DNA of 63,608 nt from Syntrophomonadaceae bacterium. Its GTDB lineage: Bacteria > Bacillota > Dethiobacteria > DTU022. Positions within the stretch are counted from its first letter, which is position 1. Every line of letters starts with the position of its first letter. Below the pieces are notes generated by a model that did no database searches, had not been told where the DNA came from, and saw only the letters and a list, made by a program, of their open reading frames with translations. The translations under genes and the position numbers were made by a program. The stretch is from contig SLRT01000018.1 of NCBI GenBank assembly GCA_007130825.1, positions 1-63,608 on the forward strand, written 5' to 3'. This document shows positions 36,586-47,009 of the stretch, piece by piece.

Positions 36586-36823
36586 AGGTTTTATATGACT
36601 GGTCGAACTTTACTCCTTATACTATGCCCGGAGAATTACTGGGGGGCAAACCAGGCTCTTTTATATTCCCGCCGGCCGGGCAAAGAAGAATATTGAAGGC
36701 TGTTTAGGCCGGTATTTGCGCAGGCTTGTCTGTTTTCCATTTATCTTGTGCAGCGGGGAGCATGTGTTTTAAGCAGAAAATTTTTGTAAGCTATCCGCTG
36801 GAAATATTAAGGCGGCGATTATT

Positions 36824-37926
36824 ATGCAGGTAGTAAAAACCTCTTGTCCCTTGGATTGTTGGGATCAGTGTGCTTTAGTGGTTACCGAAAACAAGGGGAA
36901 AATTATTTCTATTGAGCCCGATCCGAGCCAACCGGTGACCGCCGAAATGATCTGCAGTAAGGGCAAGCGTCACCTGGAGCGGGTTAATCACCCTCAGCGT
37001 TTACGCTATCCCTTGCTAAAAAAGGGTGGTTTATTTAAACAGGTTAGCTGGACCGAGGCCCTGCAGGTAATGGCTGAAAAAATTGATCAGGGGCTAAAGA
37101 AGGATGGCCCCCTTTCACTGATGCATTTTTATGACGGTGCTTACAACGGACTGATAAAAAATATTGAATCCCGCTTTTTCAGCGCCCTGGGGGGGGCTCC
37201 ACTGTGCACCGGGGCAGCCTTTGTTGGGGGGCGGGCCTGGCTGCCCAGTACTATGATTTTGGATCAGTTATCGCTCATCCCTATGATGATCATCTCAACT
37301 CGCGATTGATCATCATTTGGGGGGCGAAATCCGGCCAATACTTCTGTTAACCTCCTGTCCTTTATCCGCAAGGCCCGTCAAAAAGGGGCCCGAATAATTT
37401 TAATTGATCCGGTTCAAACTGCGACATCCGCCCAGGCTGATCAGTATATCAGGGTCAGACCGGGCACCGACGGTGCGCTGGCCCTGGCTCTGGGCCGGGT
37501 AATTATCGATAATAATCTAACCGATACCGGAGTTATCGAAAATCACAGCAGTGGGTTCAGGCAGTTTGCAGATCTATGTGAAAAGTATACCCCGGAAAAT
37601 GTGAGCGGATTGACCGGGATTCGATTCATTCTACACACAGGTTGCCTCACCAGGGGAAATTACCGGAAGCCTATATTCATCCGCTTACAGCAGAAAAAGA
37701 GAACCTGAGCGATGGGCGTCGTATCCGGATATTTTCCAAAAGGGGCAGTATTGAAGCCGGTGTGTCGGTCAATGATCGGATTCCCCCGGAAACGGTCATG
37801 GTATATGAAGGCTGGTGGCATGCTTCCGGGACGGCAGTCAACAACCTTACGTCAGACTGCCTGACAGATATGGGCAATCAGGCAGCATATTATGACTGTA
37901 TGTGCCGAATCGATCCCCTGGATTAA
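36824..37926 (+). pseudogene. Molybdopterin (bis-MGD) oxidoreductase, degraded by at least two frameshifts and an internal deletion
   Basis: The N-terminal 4Fe-4S motif is CPLDCWDQC...C. The frame is lost in an 8-G run (37189-37196), after which the sequence continues GGSTVHRGSLCWGAGLAAQYYDFG. It is lost again at GCGAAATCC (about 37327). About 300 codons are missing before the C-terminal domain (LPEAYIHPLTAEKENLSDGRRIRIFSKRGSIEAGV...). Confidence 0.75.
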
Positions 37927-38024
37927 TTAACAACCACGGCTTTTTAAAACAAATCCAGACTGTACTGTTATTGAGTAACAGCTTTATTGTTATCCTGCGC
38001 TCAGCAGGAAATGGTTTTAATTGA

Positions 38025-38213
38025 TTATTGTTTGTTAGGAAACCTCAGTATTATAACTGCTGCCAGGACAAAAATTACCCCGACATACTGCACGGGAGCC
38101 AGCTTTTCTCCAAGGAGGATAAAAGCCGGCAGTATTGCCGCTACCGGTTCTATTGCCACGGTAATACTGGCTTTGCCTGCTTCCAGGTAGCTCAAGCCGG
38201 AAATATAGACCAT
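38025..38213 (-). pseudogene. C-terminal remnant of an EamA/DMT-family transporter
   Basis: Only about 60 aa remain (ASITVAIEPVAAILPAFILLGEKLAPVQYVGVIFVLAAVIIL), matching the last two helices of an EamA domain. There is no upstream coding continuation. Confidence 0.5.
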
Positions 38214-38413
38214 TATTTTGATTCAGCTGATTTTTATGGTAGTATAAAATTAAGGTGTTTATCGTCACAGCAATTGTCAATCGCTATAGTTTTTATACTT
38301 ATTTGATCAAGAAATACAATAAGTCCTTGTTTGCATGCTGTAAGTACTGGTACAAAGCGGAACTGGTAAGCGCTACCGGAGCGTTCATCTGAAAATTCTC
38401 CCGCTCCTTAAAT

Positions 38414-40894
38414 TTGTGGTTCCGTATTCAAAAGGAAGGTTTGTTTGTTCTGTATATTATAATAGCTGTCATTTTAGGCTTAATTATCATCTGGCTTTTT
38501 TACAGCAGACAACTGCAAAATTTGGTCCGCCCGGTTAATTTTTATGCTCAATGTTCCGGTGCGCCGAATTATGCTGCCGGTATCACCAGTGGCTCCCCCT
38601 TAAGTGATTTGGGCAGCCATTGCGGCTTTAAAGCTGTGCCGGGGGGAAAAGCGGCTGCCGGCAGCGCTCTTTTTGCCACAGTGGCTTCATTTGGGGCGGG
38701 ACGGCTGTACGATTTTGCTGCCTGCCTCTATGTCAATGACGGCAGTATTTATTTTAAGTCTCCGCAGTCCAGGAAGGTTTATTTTGAGCCCTACTGTATT
38801 GAAGAACAAGCCCGCGAAGGCAACTTTAAACTATGCAGCCGGCTCTATTTTATTCAGTATAACCTGGCCGTGTTGGAAACTGAGTGGGAAGTGACCGGAG
38901 AAACTGCCAGGGTGAGGCCAACCTGTTTTCTGATGCCGTTTCGTGGCCGTGACCTGGAGAACCCTTACCCCCATTTTAAAGGCTTTACTTTTTTCAAGGA
39001 AAGGGGTAACGGGCTGCAGTTATCCAGTCATCACCGTTTGCCCGGCCTGAAGATGCATGCTTATTTCCTGCCCTCGGACGGTCAGTATGGCGGTAAAAAA
39101 GAGTTAAATGGACCCTGGACAGATTTGCGACCGGGCCAAAAAATGAGCTGGTCCGTGATTATTTCTTTTTCGGCAGACGGAGATCATAAGGTTGTTCAGC
39201 GAGCCGAACGGGCTCTTCGAAACCTGGATACCCTGAAGAAAGGCGCTGAAAAGCGCTGGTCCCGTTTTGAACAAAAGTTACCCGTGCCTTATGAGACCAA
39301 TAAAGAATCTACACAGGTAACTCTGGAACTTGCGGCCTGGGCCCTGCAGAACAGCCTTTATTATCCCCGGGCTAAAATGCAGCGGTGGGGATCAGTGCCT
39401 GCGAAGGTTTACTTTCCTTTTTTCTGGGGTTGGGACACTCCGCAGCATGTGCTGGGCTTGAGTGAATGGAATCCCCAAAAAGCGGGCGATGTCTTACTGA
39501 CCCAGCTGGATGGAAATAATTTTGCTCCCGACAAGGCCCGGTTTAAATTAAAAATCAAGGGAATAACTATAGTGTCCGGATCTCAGCGCAACCTGATTCC
39601 GAGTAAGCTAAACGACTATTTACGCGGAGTTCTTGACTTTTATTCTCAGCCTCCGCTGCAGTCGTGGGCTGCAGTACGCGTTTACGAACGACTTACACGT
39701 TCGGAAGAAAAAATGCAGTTTCTAGATCAGGCTTTACCTCTTCTTAAAGCTAACTTGCGCTGGTGGGAAGAAAGCAGGAGGCTGAAAAATGGCTTATTCT
39801 CATACTTAAATGGTTTGGAATCAGGCCTTGATGACAGCCCCCGGTTTTATCCGCCAAGCTTTTTGCCCAGCTTTATCATTGGCCTGTTTCCCCGTTTTTT
39901 TTCGGCAATTGATCTTAACTGCTGGATTTTCCAGTCGTACATGAACACTTCTTACCTGTGCCGGAAGGCTGGTTTGGAAAAAGATGCAGATGATTACCAG
40001 GGTCGTGGCAGTGAACTGAAAGAAAGGATCGATGAAGAGCTGTGGTCTTCAGAGCATGAAGCCTGGTTGGATCGTCGCAATGGGAAATTCATCGAGGTAA
40101 TTACTCCCACGGTCTGGTGGCCTGCATTTGTCGGGGCCGGTTCCAGCCTGGGGAAAATACACACCGTGATTAAAAAATACCTGTTGAATCCAGATAAATT
40201 CTGGGGCCAGCATGGTATACCGAGCGTGGCTTTCGATGATAAGTCTTACAACAGCCGCAAAGACGGCTATTACTGGCGCGGGCAGATTTGGATGATTAAT
40301 AACTATGCCGCCCTGGAAGTGCTGTACCGCTTTGGCTATAGTAATGAAGCGGCAGAACTGCATAAACGGGTTATACGGACTCTTTATAATTCCAAAGGCC
40401 TTTATGAAATCTACAACGCCAGGACCGGTGCTGTGGGCTGGAGTTCACGCGGTCCCGGCGATCCTGCCGTTATGCAGTTTGGTATGACATCGGCCGGGGC
40501 TACACAAATTATTTTCTGCAGGTATCAGCATTTCAGGTATATATTTCCTGAAACTACTGAGCTATGCGGTCATATTCAGTGGGCGACAACCTTTGATCAG
40601 ATGCCGCTCTTATCGCCGCCAAGCGTCGAAGAATCTCCGCAAACCGCAATTTTACATGTAAATGTTACTGGAGAGCATGCTTACAAAGTGCCAAAGCTGA
40701 TCTTGAAGAGCTGCGACGGCAGATCGCTGCTTGAATCATCACTTTTAAGCCTTCGTTTCGAGAACCCGGCCGGCTGTATTGATCAAGATAGTTCAGTTAT
40801 ATTTACCTGGCAGGGTGAAAGTTTTCAGGTGCGGTTGGATAACAACTATGTGCTAAGGCCTTTTGCCCGGACCGGGAAGCTTAGTTCTGCCTGA
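38414..40894 (+). CDS. Membrane-anchored (alpha/alpha)6-barrel glycoside hydrolase (GH63 / MGH1- or trehalase-like)
   Basis: 826 aa with an N-terminal TM. FFWGWDTPQH, GLESGLDDSPRF and YYWRGQIWMINNY resemble the catalytic-barrel motifs of GH63/GH37-type enzymes. The family assignment is approximate. Confidence 0.65.
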   Translation: MWFRIQKEGLFVLYIIIAVILGLIIIWLFYSRQLQNLVRPVNFYAQCSGAPNYAAGITSGSPLSDLGSHCGFKAVPGGKAAAGSALFATVASFGAGRLYDFAACLYVNDGSIYFKSPQSRKVYFEPYCIEEQAREGNFKLCSRLYFIQYNLAVLETEWEVTGETARVRPTCFLMPFRGRDLENPYPHFKGFTFFKERGNGLQLSSHHRLPGLKMHAYFLPSDGQYGGKKELNGPWTDLRPGQKMSWSVIISFSADGDHKVVQRAERALRNLDTLKKGAEKRWSRFEQKLPVPYETNKESTQVTLELAAWALQNSLYYPRAKMQRWGSVPAKVYFPFFWGWDTPQHVLGLSEWNPQKAGDVLLTQLDGNNFAPDKARFKLKIKGITIVSGSQRNLIPSKLNDYLRGVLDFYSQPPLQSWAAVRVYERLTRSEEKMQFLDQALPLLKANLRWWEESRRLKNGLFSYLNGLESGLDDSPRFYPPSFLPSFIIGLFPRFFSAIDLNCWIFQSYMNTSYLCRKAGLEKDADDYQGRGSELKERIDEELWSSEHEAWLDRRNGKFIEVITPTVWWPAFVGAGSSLGKIHTVIKKYLLNPDKFWGQHGIPSVAFDDKSYNSRKDGYYWRGQIWMINNYAALEVLYRFGYSNEAAELHKRVIRTLYNSKGLYEIYNARTGAVGWSSRGPGDPAVMQFGMTSAGATQIIFCRYQHFRYIFPETTELCGHIQWATTFDQMPLLSPPSVEESPQTAILHVNVTGEHAYKVPKLILKSCDGRSLLESSLLSLRFENPAGCIDQDSSVIFTWQGESFQVRLDNNYVLRPFARTGKLSSA

Positions 40895-40940
40895 TGAAGA
40901 TCTGCGGTATAATTAATATATCACAGGAGGTTTAGTATCG

Positions 40941-41807
40941 TTGATAGACTTATTTATCAGAGGCATGATCATGTTAATTTTTGTGTCCGGTTCGATCGTG
41001 ATCAGCTATTTCACCACCCGCCTGATAGCTTATCTGGCCCCGTTTGCTGCGATCAGTGAGTTTTTTCTCTGGTCCGGGACGGTGGTACTTTCCGCTCTAC
41101 TGTTAATGGGCGCTGCTTATTCGTATGTTTACCATGGGTTCGGAGCCCAGGCTGATATTGTCCGCCGGAGACCGTCTGCCGGCAACAAGGTGGTCTTAAC
41201 CTTTGATGATGGTCCAAGCGAGGTATATACGCAGGAAATTCTGAAAATCCTGGCCGCAAAACGAGTGCGGGCTACTTTTTTCCTGGTCGGTTCCCAGGTT
41301 GACAAATATCCCGAAATAGCGCAGCAAATTGTCGAAGAGGGTCACGAAGTGGGCAACCATACTTACGGCCATATTACAGTACCCAACTCACCCCCGTCCC
41401 GGCTGGCTGCCCAGATTATGCGTACCAACCTGGTCATATTCCAAAATGCCGGTACCTATCCTCTCTATTTACGGCCTCCCCGGGGGTTATACGATATGCG
41501 GATGAGGCGTATTGCCAAACTTTTAGGACAGGAATTGGTGCTATGGAGTCTTTCTTCACAGGACTGGCATCCCCGGGCCACAAAGGATAGTGTCATCAGG
41601 CGGGTAGTTGAGAGGGCTTCGGGCGGGGACATTATTCTTTTTCACGACAGCGGTTCGCTGCTTGGAGGCGATGGAGCAACCCGGCGCCCGACAATTGATG
41701 CCCTGGGTCCGATAATTGACGGGCTGCGGGCCAAGGGGCTGGAGATATCCAGTATGGAAGAGTTCATGGTTTATCCTCCTGAGGTTACCCGCCGGGCATC
41801 CGGTTGA
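40941..41807 (+). CDS. Polysaccharide deacetylase (CE4 / NodB homology domain), membrane-anchored
   Basis: Two N-terminal TM, then VVLTFDDGPS, GHEVGNHTYGH and LRPPRG. Confidence 0.85.
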   Translation: MIDLFIRGMIMLIFVSGSIVISYFTTRLIAYLAPFAAISEFFLWSGTVVLSALLLMGAAYSYVYHGFGAQADIVRRRPSAGNKVVLTFDDGPSEVYTQEILKILAAKRVRATFFLVGSQVDKYPEIAQQIVEEGHEVGNHTYGHITVPNSPPSRLAAQIMRTNLVIFQNAGTYPLYLRPPRGLYDMRMRRIAKLLGQELVLWSLSSQDWHPRATKDSVIRRVVERASGGDIILFHDSGSLLGGDGATRRPTIDALGPIIDGLRAKGLEISSMEEFMVYPPEVTRRASG

Positions 41808-41928
41808 GGGTTGAATGTTACAAGCAGTTTATTCAGGTTTGTTTTGTGTAGATTTGTTTTAAGGATAAAAACTAAACGGTTATAAATCCACAAATTGAAA
41901 TAAGCGTAATTAGAAGGGTCGGGATCAA

Positions 41929-42804
41929 ATGAAATTCAATGAATTACTGCAAAAGAAGCGGGTTGTAATCTTTGACGGGGGAATGGGCAGTTCGCTGGCC
42001 GGACGCGGTTGTGATTCAAGCGGAAAGAGCAATTTAACAAGCTCTGACGCTGTGTCTGAGATCCACCGGGAATATGGCGAAGCCGGTGCTGATGTTTTAA
42101 TTACCAATACTTTTACGATGAACAGAATTAATATTGAATCGCACAGTTTGGATATTGATGTCAGGGAAGTGAACGCAGCCGGAGTCAGTCTGGCCCGTCA
42201 GGCGGCCGGTCAGAAGCGTTTGGTTTTTGGCGACATCGGACCTACCGGGCAGTTGCTTGAACCTTATGGTTCCTACACTGAAGATCAGTTTTATCAAAAC
42301 TATGCGGAACAGGCAGAGATTCTGGACAAAGAAGGGGTAGACGGCTTGATCATTGAAACCTTCACCGATCTGCGCGAAGCTGTTTGTGCTCTTAATGCAT
42401 GTAAAGATAGAACAAATATACCCCTGATACTGTCCCTGGCTTTTACGACAACCCAAAAGGGTGGCCGGACAATTATGGGCAGCACAGTTGAAGAAGCGGC
42501 AAAAGCTGCCGAAGAGTATGGCGCTGTGGCAGTGGGCGCAAACTGCGGTGATCTGGATCCTTTAGGTATGGCTGCAATTACAAATATCTTCCGGGATGCC
42601 GTGAAATTGCCGTTAATTGTCCAGCCCAATGCCGGTAAGCCCAAGCTGGTCGGGAGTGAAACGAAGTATGAAATGCAGCCTGCAGAATATGCCGACGGAG
42701 TGATGAAATGTATTGAAAAAGGAGCTTCAATAGTCGGCGGTTGCTGTGGAACTACTCCGGCTCATATCAAAGCGGTAGCGGACAGGCTGAAAGAGTTGAC
42801 TTAA
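41929..42804 (+). CDS. Stand-alone homocysteine S-methyltransferase-domain protein
   Basis: 291 aa. VVIFDGGMGS, ADVLITNTF and the Zn-ligand motif GGCCGTTPAHI. Confidence 0.85.
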   Translation: MKFNELLQKKRVVIFDGGMGSSLAGRGCDSSGKSNLTSSDAVSEIHREYGEAGADVLITNTFTMNRINIESHSLDIDVREVNAAGVSLARQAAGQKRLVFGDIGPTGQLLEPYGSYTEDQFYQNYAEQAEILDKEGVDGLIIETFTDLREAVCALNACKDRTNIPLILSLAFTTTQKGGRTIMGSTVEEAAKAAEEYGAVAVGANCGDLDPLGMAAITNIFRDAVKLPLIVQPNAGKPKLVGSETKYEMQPAEYADGVMKCIEKGASIVGGCCGTTPAHIKAVADRLKELT

Positions 42805-42945
42805 TTCAGACGGTAAACTGGCGGCTATATAATTTTTTAAGTCCTCTTTTTTGCTCTTTATTTATATTGTTTATTTGACATAAAAATTGCCAGGCTGGTT
42901 GATGAAGAGTTATTGCCGGTTAGTTTGAAAAAATTTCTTTTTCAG

Positions 42946-43473
42946 TTATTCCGGCGGATCGTATATTACACCGTGAGTATCGACGGTGATGCTTTTAATT
43001 TGCTGATCCTCATACGGCCTGTTATTCCTGCTTCGCTCGACACCTGCTATGCGGTCTGCAGCTTCCATACCTTCAATAACTTCTCCGAAGGCGGCGTACT
43101 GGCCGTCCAGGTGTGTGGCATCATCAACTACAACAAAAAACTGCGATCCTGCTGAATTGTACTCATTTGCCCGGGCCATCGAAAGCACTCCCCGCTGGTG
43201 GCTGATCGGATTGGGGTGACCGTTAGCGGCAAATTCTCCTTTAATTTTGTAGCCCGGACCGCCTGTTCCGTCGCCCCTTGGACAACCGCCCTGGATCATA
43301 AATCCGGGAATGACCCGGTGAAAGATCGTGCGGTCATAAAATTTCTTGCCGGCCAGGTGGATGAAATTACGCGCAGTATTTGGCGCACTCTCCGGATCAA
43401 GTTCAATCTTGATTATCGGGCCGTCAATCATTTCAATCGTTACTACAGGTCTTTTTTCTTCCATTTTAAACAC
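42946..43473 (-). CDS. ppiB: Cyclophilin-type peptidyl-prolyl cis-trans isomerase
   Basis: 175 aa. FHRVIPGFMIQGGCP and SMARANEYNSAGSQFFV. Confidence 0.92.
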   Translation of the reverse strand: MFKMEEKRPVVTIEMIDGPIIKIELDPESAPNTARNFIHLAGKKFYDRTIFHRVIPGFMIQGGCPRGDGTGGPGYKIKGEFAANGHPNPISHQRGVLSMARANEYNSAGSQFFVVVDDATHLDGQYAAFGEVIEGMEAADRIAGVERSRNNRPYEDQQIKSITVDTHGVIYDPPE

Positions 43474-43511
43474 TCCTGTTATTTTATTATTGACTGTTTA
43501 TCCGCCCGGTA

Positions 43512-44861
43512 TTATAACCGGTAGGTTTGATCCAGGTAATTGAGGGTAAATGTTTTTAAATCTGACTGGTGGCACATTGTTCCCATCATGGCATACAAGG
43601 CCGCTGCATCCTCACAGGCCTCGGGGCCTTCCTTAACCCGGTGGACGCTTCCTTCAAGTTCCGACAGGAAGGTTTCCCTGATTTTTGTATGCGGCGGGGT
43701 AACAATAAAATGCAAAGCCGGGGGGTTGTGCTGACGTCCCAACTGCCAGCCCTTTTCGGCCATCAAGTCGGCCAGGGTGTATACATCCAGCTGGCTGGAG
43801 CCCATGGCAAATACGCTCATTACCGGCCGGCCCAGGATTTCCAGCTTTCCGGTTTTCTCGATTCCATCCTGGAGAATACGGGTTGTCTCCATCACTTCTT
43901 TTGCCAGGCGCATATATCCTTCTTCACCGAGGTAGTTGATTACCGCCCAGGCAGCAGCTATGGGACCGCCCGGCCTGGTGCCGGTTACAGTGGCAGATCC
44001 GAAAAGCCCGCCGGGCCAATTGGTTAACACGAAAAATTGATGGCGGCGTAGTTCCGGATAACGATATATAATTAGGGAGGCTCCTTTGGCCGAGTAGCCG
44101 TATTTATGCAGATCGGCGGAAATCGAGGTGACCCCGGGAACCCGGAAATCAAAAGGTGGCACAGGATAGTTCAGGCGCTCGAGGAAGGGAAGCATAAAAC
44201 CGCCCAGGCAGGCATCAACATGTAAGTTGATGTCCCTTTCAAGGGCCAGCTCGCCAAGCTCTTTGATCGGGTCAACAACTCCGTGCGGATAGGCCGGGGC
44301 TGAACCAACCAGCATGATGGTGTTTTTGTTCACTGAACTTCGCAGGGTGTCCAGGTCTGCCCGAAAATCCGTATCCAGGGGTATACGCACCGTTTTAACT
44401 CCCAGGTAGTGGGCTGCTTTGTCCAAAGCCGGATGAGCGCTTTCGGGAATAATAATTTCCGGTTCGGAAATATCCGGCTTTTTAAAGCGGGCCTGGTCCC
44501 GGCTGGCTTTTACTGCCAGCAGCAAACTTTCAGATCCCCCGGAAGTCATAGCGCCGACAGCTTCATCGCCGCCATTAAATAAAGAGGCTGTTTTAGCGAC
44601 TACTTCTGTTTCAAACTTTTTTAAACTGGGGAAGGCTTTGGGGTCAAGTGCGTTGCCGTGAGAAAACAGGGTGTAGGCTTCTTTGATGATTTGATCAACT
44701 TCTTTGCCCGCATGATAAACCAGTCCCCATGACTGCCCATTTTCCCAACCGACATCTGCAGTACGGGCATGCCTCATTTCTGTTAAAAGCTCGTCTGGTG
44801 AAAGGCCTTTTTTTAGAAACAATCCTCGATTATTAATTGTCATCAATTTTTCACTCCACAT
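43512..44861 (-). CDS. Group II PLP-dependent decarboxylase / sphingosine-1-phosphate-lyase-like enzyme
   Basis: 449 aa. TSGGSESLLLAVK, HVDACLGGF and the PLP-lysine motif SADLHKYGYSAKG. Confidence 0.8.
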   Translation of the reverse strand: MWSEKLMTINNRGLFLKKGLSPDELLTEMRHARTADVGWENGQSWGLVYHAGKEVDQIIKEAYTLFSHGNALDPKAFPSLKKFETEVVAKTASLFNGGDEAVGAMTSGGSESLLLAVKASRDQARFKKPDISEPEIIIPESAHPALDKAAHYLGVKTVRIPLDTDFRADLDTLRSSVNKNTIMLVGSAPAYPHGVVDPIKELGELALERDINLHVDACLGGFMLPFLERLNYPVPPFDFRVPGVTSISADLHKYGYSAKGASLIIYRYPELRRHQFFVLTNWPGGLFGSATVTGTRPGGPIAAAWAVINYLGEEGYMRLAKEVMETTRILQDGIEKTGKLEILGRPVMSVFAMGSSQLDVYTLADLMAEKGWQLGRQHNPPALHFIVTPPHTKIRETFLSELEGSVHRVKEGPEACEDAAALYAMMGTMCHQSDLKTFTLNYLDQTYRL

Positions 44862-44889
44862 GGTTTAAGGTTTACCTTTTTACATTATA

Positions 44890-45981
44890 CTATGCTTCTT
44901 TTTTGAGTGGCTGAATATATACATAGATGTGATTGACGATTATCTTGAGCACGGTAAAAGTTGGTATCGCAAGAATAATGCCCAGCAGTCCTCCCAAACG
45001 GCCGGCGACAAGTACAATCAGGATAATGGCCAGGGGACTTAAAGATAGCTTGCGGCCCATTACCTGGGGAGAAATGACCATGCTTTCCAGCTGTTGGACA
45101 ATAACGATTACAACGATCACCATCACCATCGTTAACGGCGAATCGATGAGGCCGACTATCACGGCGGGAATGGAACCGATAAACGGTCCCAGGAAGGGCA
45201 CCACGTTGGTGATCAGGATGAATATAGACAAAATCAGGGCATAATCGAGGCCGAGTATTAAAAAGCCGATATAGGCCAAAACACCCACGAAGAGGCAAAC
45301 AATACCCAGACCCTGGAAGTAGGAACTAAGAAGCCTGTTCATTTCGGCCAGGGCATTGTTGATGTTCGTGGTATAATCCTGCGGAGCCAGGCGTTCGATC
45401 AGTTGGGGAATAAGCTTGCTGCCTTTTTCCTTAAGCATGTAGTAAAGCAGGAAGGGAACAATGATAACGGTCATGAATATACCGGTAACAAAATCGATTA
45501 ATGAGGCGATGCTGGTCGCTATTTGGGTGATGGTCCTGCTAACGGTTCCGGCTATATTATCTACAATATTATCGACATCCAATGCTTCCAGGTCGAGCAG
45601 GTTGGCAACAATAGGGCTGTCTTCCAGGTTGCTGATAAGTTGCCGAATTTCCCTGATGCCTTCGGGGATACTGACAGCCAGCTTGGTGAATTCTGCCTGC
45701 AGAATAGGACCGATGGCAAGAAAAAGTAGAACAAACAGGCCGATAATCAGCAGGTAGACAATTAATATGGCCACCGGACGGGGCAATTTATGGTTATGCA
45801 TCCAATCGACAACAGGAAAAGTAAAGTAATAAAGGACTCCGGAAATGAGAAAAGAAATGAACAGAGCTTCAAAAGCGATTACTATCGGCTGGAAGATAAA
45901 AGAAATATGGCTGCCGATATAAATAATCAGAAAAACGAGCAGAATACCGATTCCGGTTTTAAACAGTTTTGATTCCCACAT
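44890..45981 (-). CDS. AI-2E family transporter (PerM/UPF0118)
   Basis: 363 aa, about 8 TM, with the family-typical C-terminal half (NVVPFLGPFIGSIPAVIVGL...LESMVISPQVMGRKL.LSPL). Confidence 0.85.
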   Translation of the reverse strand: MWESKLFKTGIGILLVFLIIYIGSHISFIFQPIVIAFEALFISFLISGVLYYFTFPVVDWMHNHKLPRPVAILIVYLLIIGLFVLLFLAIGPILQAEFTKLAVSIPEGIREIRQLISNLEDSPIVANLLDLEALDVDNIVDNIAGTVSRTITQIATSIASLIDFVTGIFMTVIIVPFLLYYMLKEKGSKLIPQLIERLAPQDYTTNINNALAEMNRLLSSYFQGLGIVCLFVGVLAYIGFLILGLDYALILSIFILITNVVPFLGPFIGSIPAVIVGLIDSPLTMVMVIVVIVIVQQLESMVISPQVMGRKLSLSPLAIILIVLVAGRLGGLLGIILAIPTFTVLKIIVNHIYVYIQPLKKEA

Positions 45982-46264
45982 AGTTACTCCTCAGATTATC
46001 TCCGGTGTACCGCAACGGTTACAGCGAAGATTTTTTTGCTATGTCCACAGTTTTGCCAGGTTAATCTATGAGGTTATTTGCTTTCCGCTTTCTAAATCTC
46101 AGGAACGGGTATTATTTACAACGGCCTTTTCATTTTAGATCATAATGGCCAGGGCTTCAACAAATATTTAAGATCTCTAAGTTAATCCATGATCAATTTG
46201 TGAAAGAAGCATTAATCAATTCCGGTCAAGATGCTTCAGTTAAGATTACTCCGGTTCATCTGGT

Positions 46265-46918
46265 TTGGTTTTAAAACAGAGCGGATGGGCAGGAAAAAAC
46301 AATAGAGCCATGGAAATAGTTATTATCACCGAAAGGAGTGTGAAGCCATTGCAGTGCGACCGGTGCGAAAAGATTGAGTGTTTCGAGGGTAAAGACTGTC
46401 TCAATATGCAGGAAGAGGTTATAGAATCCTACACTGGTCAGGACCGGCTGATCCACCACGCAGCTGCCTTGATCGAGGGCGAATACTATATGCAGAAAAC
46501 AAGGGTGGAGGAGTTGATACTTTTTTGCCGGGAAATGGGTTATGAACGCCTTGGTGTCGCTTTTTGTATCGGACTCCGGGAAGAAGCGAAAGTGCTTTGT
46601 TCCTATCTGCGCAAGCACTTCAGGATCTACAGTGTCTGCTGTAAAATATGCGGCACTTCAAAAGATTACCTTGCGCTGCCGAAGATTAAAGAAGACGAGC
46701 CGGAAGTGATGTGTAACCCGATTATCCAGGCCCGGACCCTGCGGGACAATAAAAGCGAGATCAATGTTACTGTCGGTCTGTGCATCGGCCATGACATCCT
46801 GTTCAACCAGCATTCAAACGTTCCGACTACGGCCTTAATTGTAAAAGATCGGGTGCTTTCCCATAATCCGGCCGGAGCCCTTTATACCGGGTATTATAAA
46901 AGGCTTATCGGTGGATAA
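46265..46918 (+). CDS. DUF1847-family Cys-rich metal-binding protein
   Basis: CDRCEKIECFEGKDC...VCCKICG...MCNPI...GLCIGHD pattern. The start is uncertain (ATG 46310, or TTG after AAAGGAG at about 46348). Confidence 0.7.
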   Translation: MVLKQSGWAGKNNRAMEIVIITERSVKPLQCDRCEKIECFEGKDCLNMQEEVIESYTGQDRLIHHAAALIEGEYYMQKTRVEELILFCREMGYERLGVAFCIGLREEAKVLCSYLRKHFRIYSVCCKICGTSKDYLALPKIKEDEPEVMCNPIIQARTLRDNKSEINVTVGLCIGHDILFNQHSNVPTTALIVKDRVLSHNPAGALYTGYYKRLIGG

Positions 46919-47009
46919 CAAGCTTTTAGTTAATTTAATGCCCGGTGTTTTGAACTAAAGGACGGTTGGTTCCCGTGTGGAGTAGATAATCTGAGGAGTG
47001 ATATATTAA

